Assembly: GCA_031459915.1 (NCBI GenBank) | Contig: JAVKHO010000015.1 | Location: forward strand, 11,099 to 75,098 | Source of the DNA: Candidatus Tepidifontimicrobium thermophilum | Lineage (GTDB): Bacteria; Sysuimicrobiota; Sysuimicrobiia; Sysuimicrobiales; Sysuimicrobiaceae | Reading direction: 5' to 3' | DNA length: 64,000 nt | Part shown: positions 51,363 through 60,761 of the stretch, piece after piece | Layout: every line of letters begins with the position of its first letter | Position numbering within the stretch: position 1 is the first letter of the stretch | Made by a program: the position numbers and the translations under genes | The notes under the pieces: model-generated | What the model was told of the DNA's origin: nothing | The model's database searches: none | What the model saw: only the letters and a program-made list of their open reading frames with translations

Positions 51363-52859
51363 ATGCCGATGACGCCGAAACGGACCCGCTCGGTCCTGTT
51401 TGGTCTGGCGCTGGCCGTGGTGCTGGCGCTCCCCGCGCCCAGCCAACCTCCCGTCCTCACGATCCTGCACTTCAACGACGTCTACCAGCTCACCGCGGTG
51501 GACGGAGGGCGGCGGGGAGGGTTCGACCGGCTTGCCACGGTGGTCAAGCGTCACCGAGCGCAGGAGCGCCCGAGCCTGCTGCTGTTCGCGGGAGACCTCA
51601 TCTCGCCTTCCGTGGAGTCCTCCATCTTCAAGGGAGCGCAGCTCATCGACGGGATGAACCACCTGGGGGTGGACGCGGCCACCTTCGGCAACCACGAGTT
51701 CGACTACGGGCCGGAGGAACTGGCCAAGCGTGTCCGGGAGTCACGTTTCCCGTGGGTCGTGAGCAACGTGTTCGCGCCGGGCCTGCGCCCCTTCCCCGGA
51801 GTGAAACCGTGGCTGGTGCTGTCCCCCGGAGGCGTGCCCGTGGGGATCGTGGGCCTGCTGACGGAGGACACCGCGGTGCTGTCGTCCCCCGGGAACACCA
51901 CCTTCGGCAACGTGTTCACCGTGACCCGAGAGGTGGTGCGGATCCTGCGGGCCCGCGGGGCCCGGGTGATCGTGGCCCTGACCCACCTGAGCATGGCGCA
52001 GGACCAGCAGCTCCTGCGGGAGGTGCCGGAGGTAGACCTCGTGATCGGAGGGCACGAGCACGACCCCCTCACCGCGACGGTGGGAGGCCGGCTGGTGGCC
52101 AAGGCCGGCTCCGACGCCAAGTGGCTCGGGGTGACGCTCCTGAGCCTGGACGGGTCGCGCCGCGCCCAGCACCAGCTGGTGGACGTGGACGAGCGGGTCC
52201 CACCTGACCCCGAGATGGCCAAGCTGGTGCAGCACTACTCGGAGCGCCTCAGCAAGGAGCTGGAAGTCCCCATCGGGGAGACCACAGTACCCCTGGACGC
52301 CCGGAACGTCACGGTGCGCCAGCAGGAGTCCAACCTGGGGAACTTCATCGCGGACGTGATGCGGGCCGCGGTAGGGGCGGACGTGGCCATCACCAACGGG
52401 GGCGGGATCCGGACCAACGCCCTGTTCCCCGCGGGCAGGATCACCCGCAAGGACGTCCTGGCGTGGCTCCCGTTCGGGAACGTGGTGGTCAAGGTGGCGG
52501 TGACCGGCGCGGTGATCCGTCAGGCCCTGGAGAACGGGGTGAGCCAGTGGGAACAGGTGGCAGGCCGCTTCCCGCAGGTGTCCGGGCTCCGGTACACCTT
52601 CAACCCTACCCGACCGGTGGGCTCCCGCATCCTGGAAGTCCGGGTGGGTGACCGGCCCCTGGACGAGGCGGCCACGTACACCGTGGCCACCAACGACTTC
52701 ATGCTCCGGGGCGGCGACGGCTACGCCATGCTGGCTACGGGTCAAGTGCTCGTCTCGCCCGTGGACGGCCCGGTCATGGCCAACGCGGTGATGGAGGCCA
52801 TCCAGAGGCTGCGGACCATCAGCCCGCGGGTGGAGGGGCGGATCACGCTGGTCCGCTGA
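51363..52859 (+). CDS. secreted 5'-nucleotidase/UDP-sugar hydrolase
   Basis: signal peptide; HFND, AGD, GNHEFD, LTH, GGHEH, NGGGIR, LPFGN, FPQVSG motifs. Confidence 0.92.
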   Translation: MPMTPKRTRSVLFGLALAVVLALPAPSQPPVLTILHFNDVYQLTAVDGGRRGGFDRLATVVKRHRAQERPSLLLFAGDLISPSVESSIFKGAQLIDGMNHLGVDAATFGNHEFDYGPEELAKRVRESRFPWVVSNVFAPGLRPFPGVKPWLVLSPGGVPVGIVGLLTEDTAVLSSPGNTTFGNVFTVTREVVRILRARGARVIVALTHLSMAQDQQLLREVPEVDLVIGGHEHDPLTATVGGRLVAKAGSDAKWLGVTLLSLDGSRRAQHQLVDVDERVPPDPEMAKLVQHYSERLSKELEVPIGETTVPLDARNVTVRQQESNLGNFIADVMRAAVGADVAITNGGGIRTNALFPAGRITRKDVLAWLPFGNVVVKVAVTGAVIRQALENGVSQWEQVAGRFPQVSGLRYTFNPTRPVGSRILEVRVGDRPLDEAATYTVATNDFMLRGGDGYAMLATGQVLVSPVDGPVMANAVMEAIQRLRTISPRVEGRITLVR

Positions 52860-52995
52860 TCCCGCTCATCCCCCTCGTCCTGCAGGGACGGGTCCAGGTG
52901 GGCGACTATGGCCTCGCGGGTCCGCCCATCGGGGACCCGGCACCGCGGCGGGATTCCCCGGGCGGAGCGAGGCTCCCACGACGCGGAGGACGGCC

Positions 52996-54552
52996 GTGCA
53001 GCTGGCGGTGTTGGACGGAGCCCGGACCATCGGAGGGACGAAGCTCTACCTGCGGGAGGGACGGGCCGGGTTCCTGGTGGACTTCGGTCTGAACTACCAG
53101 CGCTGGGGCCAGTACTTCGACGAGTTCCTGGGACCCCGCACGGCCCGCGGACTATTTGACCTGTGGCAGCTGGGACTGGTTCCGCAGGTGGGTGGGATCT
53201 ACCGCGGGGACCTGTTGGTGCCAGAGTTCTCCGCACCCCGGGAAGCCCCTGCCCTGGAGGTCCAGGCGGTGTTCCTCAGCCACGCGCACCTGGACCACTG
53301 CGGCCTGGTGGGCGTGCTCCGGTGCGACCTCCCCCTCGTGGCCTCGCGGACGACCCTGGCCATCCTCAAGGCGCTCCAGGACACCGGTCCCGCGGAGTTC
53401 TACGGCGAGCTTTCCTACTGCCGACTGCGCAGCCCCAACCGGTCCGGCGAGCTGGAGGCGGACCGCAGCGGCGCATGCGTGGGCCGCCCCGCATGTGCTG
53501 CGGATGGCACGCCATCCCCGCGGCTGCAGCGCCTGTGGACCACCCTGTCCAGGCAGCGGCGGGCCCTGGACCCGCGGTCCGTGGCTCCTCCCGCGGCTGC
53601 TTACGAGGGAGTGCGCGTGCGCGTCTACCCGGTGGACCACTCCGTGCCGGGAGCCGTGGCCTTTGCCTTCGAGTGCTCCGAGGGGCTCGTGGTGTACACG
53701 GGAGACCTGCGGCACCACGGCCGCCACGCCCACCTGGTGGACGCCCTCGTCGCGGACCTCCAGCGTGAGCGGGTACACGTTCTGGTGGTGGAGGGCACCC
53801 GCCTCACCCGGGAGACGCAAGACCAGGTCACGGAAGCCCAGGTGCTGGACAACGCCCGGAAGGTGGTGGCCTCACGGCCCGGCCGCCTCGTGGTGGCGGA
53901 CTTCGGCCCCCGCCAGGTGGAGCGGCTGGAGACCTTCCTCCAGGTGGCGGAGGAGACCGGCCGCTGTCTGGTGGTCCTGCCTAAGGACGGGTACCTGCTG
54001 GAGGCCCTGGCCGCTGCGGACCCGGGCTTTGACGGGATCCTCCAGCACCCCGCGCTGGTGTTCTTCAACCGGCCGCGCCTGAATCGCGACACCTGGTTGC
54101 GGGAGTTCACCAACCGGCACCGCCACCGCCTGGTGGACGCGGAGGCTGTCCGCCGGGACCCCGGAGGGTACCTGCTGGCGTTCAGCTTCTTCGACCTCGT
54201 GGACCTGCTGGACGTGGACCCACAGGACGGTGTGTACGTGTACTCGTCCTCCGAGGCGTACGGGGAGGATAGCCGGGTGGACTTCTGGCGGTTGTGGAAC
54301 TGGCTGCGCCGGCTAAACATGGAGCCGCACGGCTTCCGGTGGGAGGGCACGGACGAACGGGGGCGGCCCGCCTTCGGGGGCGGCTTCCACGCCAGCGGGC
54401 ACATCCACCCGGACGACCTACGGGACCTGATCCGGTCCATCCGCCCCCGCTACGTGGTCCCCGTGCACACGGAGAACCCCGCGTGGTTCGGAGAGAACCT
54501 CCGCGGCGAGCCCACCCAGGTGGTGCCGCTGGAGGACGGGGACGCCCTCTGA
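52996..54552 (+). CDS. MBL/beta-CASP nuclease (RNase J-like)
   Basis: IGG, DFG, SHAHLDH, VDHS.PG, YTGD.R, EGT, HASGH, PVHTE motifs. Confidence 0.85.
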   Translation: MQLAVLDGARTIGGTKLYLREGRAGFLVDFGLNYQRWGQYFDEFLGPRTARGLFDLWQLGLVPQVGGIYRGDLLVPEFSAPREAPALEVQAVFLSHAHLDHCGLVGVLRCDLPLVASRTTLAILKALQDTGPAEFYGELSYCRLRSPNRSGELEADRSGACVGRPACAADGTPSPRLQRLWTTLSRQRRALDPRSVAPPAAAYEGVRVRVYPVDHSVPGAVAFAFECSEGLVVYTGDLRHHGRHAHLVDALVADLQRERVHVLVVEGTRLTRETQDQVTEAQVLDNARKVVASRPGRLVVADFGPRQVERLETFLQVAEETGRCLVVLPKDGYLLEALAAADPGFDGILQHPALVFFNRPRLNRDTWLREFTNRHRHRLVDAEAVRRDPGGYLLAFSFFDLVDLLDVDPQDGVYVYSSSEAYGEDSRVDFWRLWNWLRRLNMEPHGFRWEGTDERGRPAFGGGFHASGHIHPDDLRDLIRSIRPRYVVPVHTENPAWFGENLRGEPTQVVPLEDGDAL

Positions 54553-54564
54553 GGCCCTTCCGCC

Positions 54565-55692
54565 TCACGCCCCCGCCTTCCGGTCCCGCGCCGCCACGCC
54601 CGCGGCGCGGGCCAGCTCCCGGTGGATGCGGCCGGTGCGCTCCACCTGCCCCTTGGCGGGGAACCGCTCGTAGAACCCGTCGGCCCGGAACATCCTTCGC
54701 AGCTCCGCCCACGGCTGCAGCCGTTCCTCCCAGCGGCGAACGCGCCCCTCTTCCGGTTCGGCGTCCGTGGCCGCCAGGTCCGCGCACACCCGGATCATGG
54801 CCTTGAGGGTCACCGGACGCGTCACCATGTAGTTGGGATTGCCCCAGGCGTCCTGCCACACCCGCTCCGCGGCACGGAGGAAGTCCCGCAGGATCCCGTA
54901 GTAGTCCTCGGGCCGTGCCCCCGTCCGCTCGATCTCCGGCCAGGTGGCCCGGGCCCAGCGGTGCAGCTCGTTGAACAGCTCCGCCTGCAGGATCCACTTC
55001 TCCTGGCGGCTCCTTCCGCCGGGCCGGTTGATCTTGTACCGCAGGGGGCTGGAGGGCTCCTCGTACAGCATGCGGGCCACGCGGGCCGCGAACTTCTTGT
55101 CCGGGGTGGCCTGCCACCAGGTCACGCGCTCGTACAGCTCCACCAGGTGGCTCTTGTTGATGCGGGTGGGCGTGGCGTTGATGATCACGAACATCTCCGC
55201 GGCGAAGTCCTCGCTGCGGCCGTCGAAGATCACGCACGGCACCTGGATGGTCCGGGCGTCCTCCGGCCGCTCGCGCCGGTAGAACTCCAGGGCCGCCAGG
55301 CGGTGCTGCCCGTCGATGATGAGGTACTTGCCCTCCGGCTCCCGCAGGTCCCCCACGCTCTCGTAGCGGTCCAAGGCCTCGAAGCGCAGCCGCTCCGGGG
55401 TGAACAGCAACACCGTGCCCGGAATGGGGGGCTGCTCGCCCGCGGTCTCGTAGAAGTTAAGGATGTCCCGGACCTTCCGCCTCGACAGCTGCCGCTGGAA
55501 GGCCCGGTCGCTGCGCTCGATGCGGGCGATGAACTGGGCGATCTCGTCCCCCTCCGGCGCCGGCTCCGGCGCGATGGCTTCCCCCTCCCCGTAGAACCGG
55601 CTCATGAAGCGCACCTTCGCCAGCAGGTCCTCCGCGCGGTACGCGACGAAGTAAAACACCCCGTCCTTCTGCCGGATCTGTGTGGCCAGCAC
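54565..55692 (-). CDS. DGQHR domain protein (DndB-like)
   Basis: FQR, IIDGQHRLAAL, F..IN motifs; GGGAGGTG RBS. Confidence 0.9.
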   Translation of the reverse strand: MLATQIRQKDGVFYFVAYRAEDLLAKVRFMSRFYGEGEAIAPEPAPEGDEIAQFIARIERSDRAFQRQLSRRKVRDILNFYETAGEQPPIPGTVLLFTPERLRFEALDRYESVGDLREPEGKYLIIDGQHRLAALEFYRRERPEDARTIQVPCVIFDGRSEDFAAEMFVIINATPTRINKSHLVELYERVTWWQATPDKKFAARVARMLYEEPSSPLRYKINRPGGRSRQEKWILQAELFNELHRWARATWPEIERTGARPEDYYGILRDFLRAAERVWQDAWGNPNYMVTRPVTLKAMIRVCADLAATDAEPEEGRVRRWEERLQPWAELRRMFRADGFYERFPAKGQVERTGRIHRELARAAGVAARDRKAGA

Positions 55693-55724
55693 AGCGACAC
55701 CTCCCGGGTCTTGCGCCTGGCTCT

Positions 55725-55743
55725 ATTGTAGGAACACGTGTAC
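55725..55743 (-). promoter_or_regulatory. -10 element with adjacent LexA-like box upstream of the DGQHR gene
   Basis: TACAAT on the minus strand (55725-55730); GAAC-ACGT-GTAC (55732-55743), one mismatch from GAAC-N4-GTTC. Confidence 0.55.
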
Positions 55744-55747
55744 GCCT

Positions 55748-55903
55748 CTAGAGCCGGAACAGCCGGCCCATCCACCGGCCCAGCACCTTGTTGCGCAACC
55801 GGCGGGCGATCCGCCGCGGGTTCCCCGAGGAGAACACCTCCAAGTCCCGCAGGAACCTGGCCAGCCGGTACAGGAGGCTCACTGCCCTCCGCAAACCCCG
55901 CAC
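55748..55903 (-). CDS. small basic protein (51 aa, below the ORF-track cutoff)
   Basis: MRGLRRAVSLLYRLARFLRDLEVFSSGNPRRIARRLRNKVLGRWMGRLFRL; typical GC3 usage; starts 15 nt after the smc stop; alternative start 55882. Confidence 0.65.
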   Translation of the reverse strand: MRGLRRAVSLLYRLARFLRDLEVFSSGNPRRIARRLRNKVLGRWMGRLFRL

Positions 55904-55918
55904 GCCCACCCCCGTCTT

Positions 55919-58900
55919 TCAGCTCACCGCCACCGGCTCGGGAGTCTTGCGCGCGATCCGCATGGACACCACCGAGGAGACCCCCGGCTCCTCCGTGGTC
56001 ACGCCGTACAGCACGTCCGCGGCCTCCATGGTGGCCTTGTTGTGGGTGATGATCACCACCTGGCTGCGCTGCGCCAGCTCCCGCAGCAGCTCCACCACCC
56101 GTCTCGTGTTGGCGTCGTCCAGGGCGGCCTCGATCTCGTCGAACACGCAGAAGGGGCTCGGGTGGGTCCGCAGGAGGGCGAATACCAATGCCAGGGCCAC
56201 CAGCACCCGCTCGCCCCCGGACAGCGCTCCCAGGGACCGGACCTTCTTCCCAGGGGGCTGGGCGCTGACTTCCACCCCTTCCTCCCCCTGCTCGGCGGTC
56301 ACCAGCTCCAGAAACGCACGCCCGCCCCCGAAAAGCCGGCGGAAGCAGTCCTGGAAGTGCCGGTTCACCTCCTCGAAGGTCTGGCGGAACCGCCTGCGCA
56401 GGACGGACTCGAGCCGGGACGCCAGCTCAAAGACCAGCCCCCCGGCCTCCTCCACGTCCCGGGCCTGCGCGGACAGGGCTTCGTAGCGCGCCTGCACGTC
56501 CCGGTAGTCTTCCAGCGCCTGCAGGTTCACCGAACCCAGACCGGCCAGTAAGCCCCGCAAGGCCTCCACCTCCCCCAGCAGGGCCTCCCGGTCCAACCGC
56601 TCGGGCGCCTGGGCGTCCAGGACCTCCGGAGAGGCCTGGTAGGTCTCCCAGAGCCGACGCTCCACCGCCCCGAGCTCCGCGGCCACCTGCGCCAGCCGCA
56701 GGTCCAACCGGTGTACCTCGTCCTGCGCTGCCTGGCACGTCTCGCGGGCGGAGGCCAGCTGGGGCTCCAGCTCCGCGGCAGACCGTTCCTCCCTGCCTCG
56801 AGCGGTATCGGCCTCCTCGGCCCGCGCCCGGAGTTCCTCCAGACGCTGGCGGGACCGCGCGGCCCGCTCCGTCGCCAGCTCCGCCAGCTCCCGGAACTGC
56901 CGGAGCTCAGCTTCCCGGGTCTCCAGCTCGGCGTGCAACCGCGCCTGCTGGGCCTCCAGCAGAGCGTCCTCCCGTTCCAGATCCTGTAGCCGCGCCCTCG
57001 CCGCCTGGTTGTGGGCCTGCAGCTCCGCGTGCCTCACACGCAGGGCGGCCACCTCTGCGGCGGCGGCCTGTAACGCTGCCTCCGCCTCCTGCTGCCGCCG
57101 GCGCGCGGCCTCCAGCTTCCTACGGGCCTCGGCCAGCTCCAGGCCCAGTCGGTCCAGGTCCGCGGCCCACCGGGCCTCCTCCTCCCGGGCTTCCTGCAGC
57201 TGCTGGTGGACCTGGCCCAGCTCCGCCCGTACCTGCTCCTCCAGTCCCGGCAGGCCCGCCTGCCTGGCCTCCGCCCGCGCCAGCTCTTCCCGCACCCGGT
57301 GCACGTGAGCCTGAAGCCGCTCCACCCGCTCCTGCTCGCCGGCGAGTCGGCGTTCCGCGGCGTCCCGCTCCGCGTCCAGGGCGCGCGCCTGCTCCTTCAG
57401 GTCCTCCTGCGCCCGGTCCAGGTCGGCCAGGGACTCCCGCAGCGCGGCGATCTCCTGTACCCGCCCCAGCGGGGTCGAAGAACCGTTACGGCGGACCGCC
57501 AGCAGGCCGTCGCCCGTCAGCACCTCCCCCGAGAGGGTAACCAGGCGACCGCGCCACCCGGACGACCAGACCTGCAACGCCGCCTCCAGGTCCCGCACCA
57601 CCAGGGTGCCGTGCAGCCCGGCCCTGACCGAACGCTCCACAAGAGGCGGACAGCGGACCAGGTCCTGAGCCCACCCCACGACCCCCTCTACCCCGGCCGG
57701 CGCCGGCAGCTCAGGACCGGCGTCACGCGCACCCTCCGTCACGAGGAAGGAGGCACTCTCCGCGTCCAGCTCCTCGAGGACCCTGAGGGCGGCCTGCCAC
57801 GAGTCCACCACCAGGGCAAAGAGCCGGTCCGCGAGGGCAGCTTCCACCGCGCGCCGGTGCTCGGGGTCTGCGTCCAGGAGGTCCACGAGGGCCCCCCGTA
57901 CCCCCGCGAACCGCCCCGGCTCGTTCCGCTGGGCCAGCAGCACGCGGCGCGCTCCCCCCTCGTAGCCCACCAGCTGCGCCTGCGCTTCCTCTAGGACCGC
58001 GAGCCGCGCCTGCTCCCTCTCCCGCCGCAGCTGCAGCTCCCGGCGTGCCTGCTCCAGCTCCGCCCGGCGGGCTGCGAGCTCGTCCAGGCGCTTGCGGAGT
58101 TCGGCCAGCTGGGCCGTGAGGGTCCGCAGCCGCACGTGGACGTCCTCTTCCTCGGCCCGCAGGGCCGCCCGGCGGGCTTCCAGCTCGAGGCGCTCCGCCT
58201 CCAGCCGGTCCAGCTGAGCTGCAAGGGCCTGCGCGCGCGACGCGAGGGCTTCCTGACGAGCCCGCGACGCGTTCCGACCACTGTGCGCCTGGGCGCGGGC
58301 GTGTTCCAGTTCCACCACGTCCGCCCGGGCCGCCTCCACGTCTGCCCGGGCCTGCTCGGCTCTTGCCTGGCAACCTTCCAGGTCCTGCTGCATCTGCTGC
58401 AACTGACGGGCGCACGCCTCCGCGGCCTGCGCCCCCTCGGCCACCTCCTCGCGGAGGCGGGCCGCGGACGCACTGCAACCCTCCCGCTCCTGCACCAGCC
58501 GGTCGAGCTCCTGGCGGATGCGGTCCAGCATCTGCGCGGCCCCCGAGGCGCGTTCCTCACACAGCCGGGCGTCCTGTTCGGCGCGGCCCGCTTCCTCCAG
58601 GGCCCTTACCACCTCCGCCTGGAGGCCAGCCAGCACCTGCGCGGCCTGCTGTGCCCGGGCCCGGGCCAGCGAAAGCTCCCGCTCCACCGCCTCCACGGCC
58701 GCCTGCGCCTGGGCGTGCCGCTGCCGGGCCGCCTCCACCTGGGCGGAGATCCGCCGGAGCTGGGCCCGCACCCTCCGGTACTCGCCCAGCTGCAGGTACA
58801 GCTCGGCGCGGCGCAACCGCTCCTGGTAGTCACGGTGTAGGCTCGCCCGCTCCGCCTGCCGCGCCAGCTCCTGGGCGCGTCCGTACAGTTCCGCCAGCCG

Positions 58901-59479
58901 GTCCAGGACCCGCGTCAGGTTCTGGCGCGCGTGCTCGAGCCGCCGCGCTGCCTCGTGGTGGCGGCGCTTGTACCGCGAAAGCCCCGCGGCCTCCTCCAGC
59001 ATGGCCCGCCGTTCCGCGGGGGAAGCGTCCAGGACCGCGTCCACCTCGCCCTGGCCGACCATGGCGTAGGCGCGCCCGCCCAGGCCGGTCCCGAGGAACA
59101 GAGCCTGGACGTCCCGCAGCCGGCACGGCGTCCGGTTCAGGAGGAACTCGCTGTCGCCGGCCCGGGTGGCCCGGCGGGTGAGGGTAACCTCGGTGAACTC
59201 CACCGGCAGGACGCCGTCCTCGTTGTCCACCGTCAGGTGGACCTCCGCCATCCCGTGCGCCCGCCGGGTGCTGGTGCCCGCGAAGATCACGTCCTCGGTA
59301 CGCTGACTGCGCAGGGCCCTCCAGGAGGTCTCCCCCAGCACCCACCGGATGGCGTCTGCCAGGTTGCTCTTGCCGGACCCGTTGGGCCCTACGATGGCGG
59401 TGATCCCGGGTCCGAACAGCAGCTCCGTGCGGTCCGCGAAGGTCTTGAACCCACTGAGCTCCAGCCGCTTCAGGTACAT
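55919..59479 (-). CDS. smc: chromosome segregation protein SMC
   Basis: GFKTF, GPNGSGKSN, Q-loop, long coiled coils, hinge, LSGGE signature, FDEIEAALD; ~1186 aa. Confidence 0.95.
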   Translation of the reverse strand: MYLKRLELSGFKTFADRTELLFGPGITAIVGPNGSGKSNLADAIRWVLGETSWRALRSQRTEDVIFAGTSTRRAHGMAEVHLTVDNEDGVLPVEFTEVTLTRRATRAGDSEFLLNRTPCRLRDVQALFLGTGLGGRAYAMVGQGEVDAVLDASPAERRAMLEEAAGLSRYKRRHHEAARRLEHARQNLTRVLDRLAELYGRAQELARQAERASLHRDYQERLRRAELYLQLGEYRRVRAQLRRISAQVEAARQRHAQAQAAVEAVERELSLARARAQQAAQVLAGLQAEVVRALEEAGRAEQDARLCEERASGAAQMLDRIRQELDRLVQEREGCSASAARLREEVAEGAQAAEACARQLQQMQQDLEGCQARAEQARADVEAARADVVELEHARAQAHSGRNASRARQEALASRAQALAAQLDRLEAERLELEARRAALRAEEEDVHVRLRTLTAQLAELRKRLDELAARRAELEQARRELQLRREREQARLAVLEEAQAQLVGYEGGARRVLLAQRNEPGRFAGVRGALVDLLDADPEHRRAVEAALADRLFALVVDSWQAALRVLEELDAESASFLVTEGARDAGPELPAPAGVEGVVGWAQDLVRCPPLVERSVRAGLHGTLVVRDLEAALQVWSSGWRGRLVTLSGEVLTGDGLLAVRRNGSSTPLGRVQEIAALRESLADLDRAQEDLKEQARALDAERDAAERRLAGEQERVERLQAHVHRVREELARAEARQAGLPGLEEQVRAELGQVHQQLQEAREEEARWAADLDRLGLELAEARRKLEAARRRQQEAEAALQAAAAEVAALRVRHAELQAHNQAARARLQDLEREDALLEAQQARLHAELETREAELRQFRELAELATERAARSRQRLEELRARAEEADTARGREERSAAELEPQLASARETCQAAQDEVHRLDLRLAQVAAELGAVERRLWETYQASPEVLDAQAPERLDREALLGEVEALRGLLAGLGSVNLQALEDYRDVQARYEALSAQARDVEEAGGLVFELASRLESVLRRRFRQTFEEVNRHFQDCFRRLFGGGRAFLELVTAEQGEEGVEVSAQPPGKKVRSLGALSGGERVLVALALVFALLRTHPSPFCVFDEIEAALDDANTRRVVELLRELAQRSQVVIITHNKATMEAADVLYGVTTEEPGVSSVVSMRIARKTPEPVAVS

Positions 59480-59525
59480 GGTCTCCTCCGTCCGCGCCGC
59501 GTCTGTGCAGGGATGCGCTCCGCGC

Positions 59526-60701
59526 TCACGCCGCGTCCAGCAACGACCGGTACAGCTCCACCAGACGGCCGGCCACCCGCCGGGCGGAGAACCGCTCCGA
59601 CTCCTGGCGCGCCTGGCCGGCCATCCACCGCCGCAGGCCTTCGTCCCCCACCAGCCGCGCCATCGCCTGCCCGAGGAGGTCCGGTGAGGGCTCCACCAGT
59701 AGCCCCGTGCGCCCGTGGTCCACCACCTCCGCCACACCGCCTGCCCGCACCGCCACCACGGGCGTCCCGCACGCCAGGGCTTCCGCCGCCACAAGGCCCT
59801 GCGTCTCCGTGCGGGACGCGAACGCGAAGACCCACGCGGCCTTCATCCACGCCACCACGCCCTCCCAGGGCAGGGGGCCCAAAAACCGCACCCGCGCCTC
59901 CACGCCCAGTCGCCCGGCCAGCTGGCGCAAGGCCTCCAGGCTCGGCCCGCCTCCCACGAGCACCAGGTAGGCGTCCTGAAGCCCGCGGGTGCGGGCGAAC
60001 GCCTCCAACACCACGTCCATGCTCTTCTCGGGGGCCATGCGCCCCGCGGACACCACCAGGGGCGCGTCGGGCGGGATGGCGCACACGGTGGGATCCGCGG
60101 CCGGTACCCGGCGCAGCGCCTCCAGGTCCAGGGCCGCGGTTTCCACCACCTCCAGCCTGGACCGCACGCCACGGGCGCGGAGGAACTCACCCACCGCACG
60201 CGTGGGGGCTACCACCAGGTCACACCGGTTGCAGAAGCGCACCACGTGCCACCGGACCCACCGCCTCGCTAGGAACCCGGGGACCAGGGGGGCGTAGTGC
60301 ACGTAGTGCTCGTACAGGGTGTGGTGCGTGAACACCAAGGGGCATCGGCCGCGACTGGCCGCTGCCAGCCGACCTGCGGTGAACGGCGAGTGGGCGTGTA
60401 CCACTTGTAGTCCCAGATCCCGCACGCGGCGGTCCAGGTCGCCCAGCAGGGGGACCAGGAGGGGAAAGTCCGGGTAGCGGGAGGTCACCACGGACGGCAG
60501 ACGGACCACGTCCGGTTCGTCGTCGCGGTAGCCGGGGTGGCGGGGAGCGAACACCACCACCCGGTGGCCCTGCTCCCGCAGGGCTCGGGTCACCGCAGCC
60601 ACGGAGTGGACGACCCCGCTGAGCCGGGGCCGGTAGGAGTCCGTGAACATGCCCACCGCCAACCCCCGGTCCCCCTTGCCGGGCCCTGTTTCTGCGGACA
60701 C
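59526..60701 (-). CDS. glycosyltransferase family 4 (diacylglycerol glycosyltransferase-like)
   Basis: MFTDSY.P..SGV, HAHSPF, T.HTLY..Y.HY, ETQGL..AEA motifs. Confidence 0.88.
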   Translation of the reverse strand: MSAETGPGKGDRGLAVGMFTDSYRPRLSGVVHSVAAVTRALREQGHRVVVFAPRHPGYRDDEPDVVRLPSVVTSRYPDFPLLVPLLGDLDRRVRDLGLQVVHAHSPFTAGRLAAASRGRCPLVFTHHTLYEHYVHYAPLVPGFLARRWVRWHVVRFCNRCDLVVAPTRAVGEFLRARGVRSRLEVVETAALDLEALRRVPAADPTVCAIPPDAPLVVSAGRMAPEKSMDVVLEAFARTRGLQDAYLVLVGGGPSLEALRQLAGRLGVEARVRFLGPLPWEGVVAWMKAAWVFAFASRTETQGLVAAEALACGTPVVAVRAGGVAEVVDHGRTGLLVEPSPDLLGQAMARLVGDEGLRRWMAGQARQESERFSARRVAGRLVELYRSLLDAA

Positions 60702-60761
60702 GTTTCCCCTACGGTCACACGCCGGCCCGCAAGATCCGGCCCTGTGGGCAAGTGGTGCTCC

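Noticed and set aside
52860-52995. Possible gene remnant or structured RNA upstream of the beta-CASP gene
   Set aside because: No recognisable motif, start or stable distinctive structure
55730-55745. parS site (CACGTG core)
   Set aside because: The flanks are GAA/TAC, not the GTTT/AAAC arms of parS
52996-59479. Wadjet/Lamassu-type SMC defence system
   Set aside because: The SMC is full-length and canonical with a hinge; no JetABD or LmuA/C partners are recognisable
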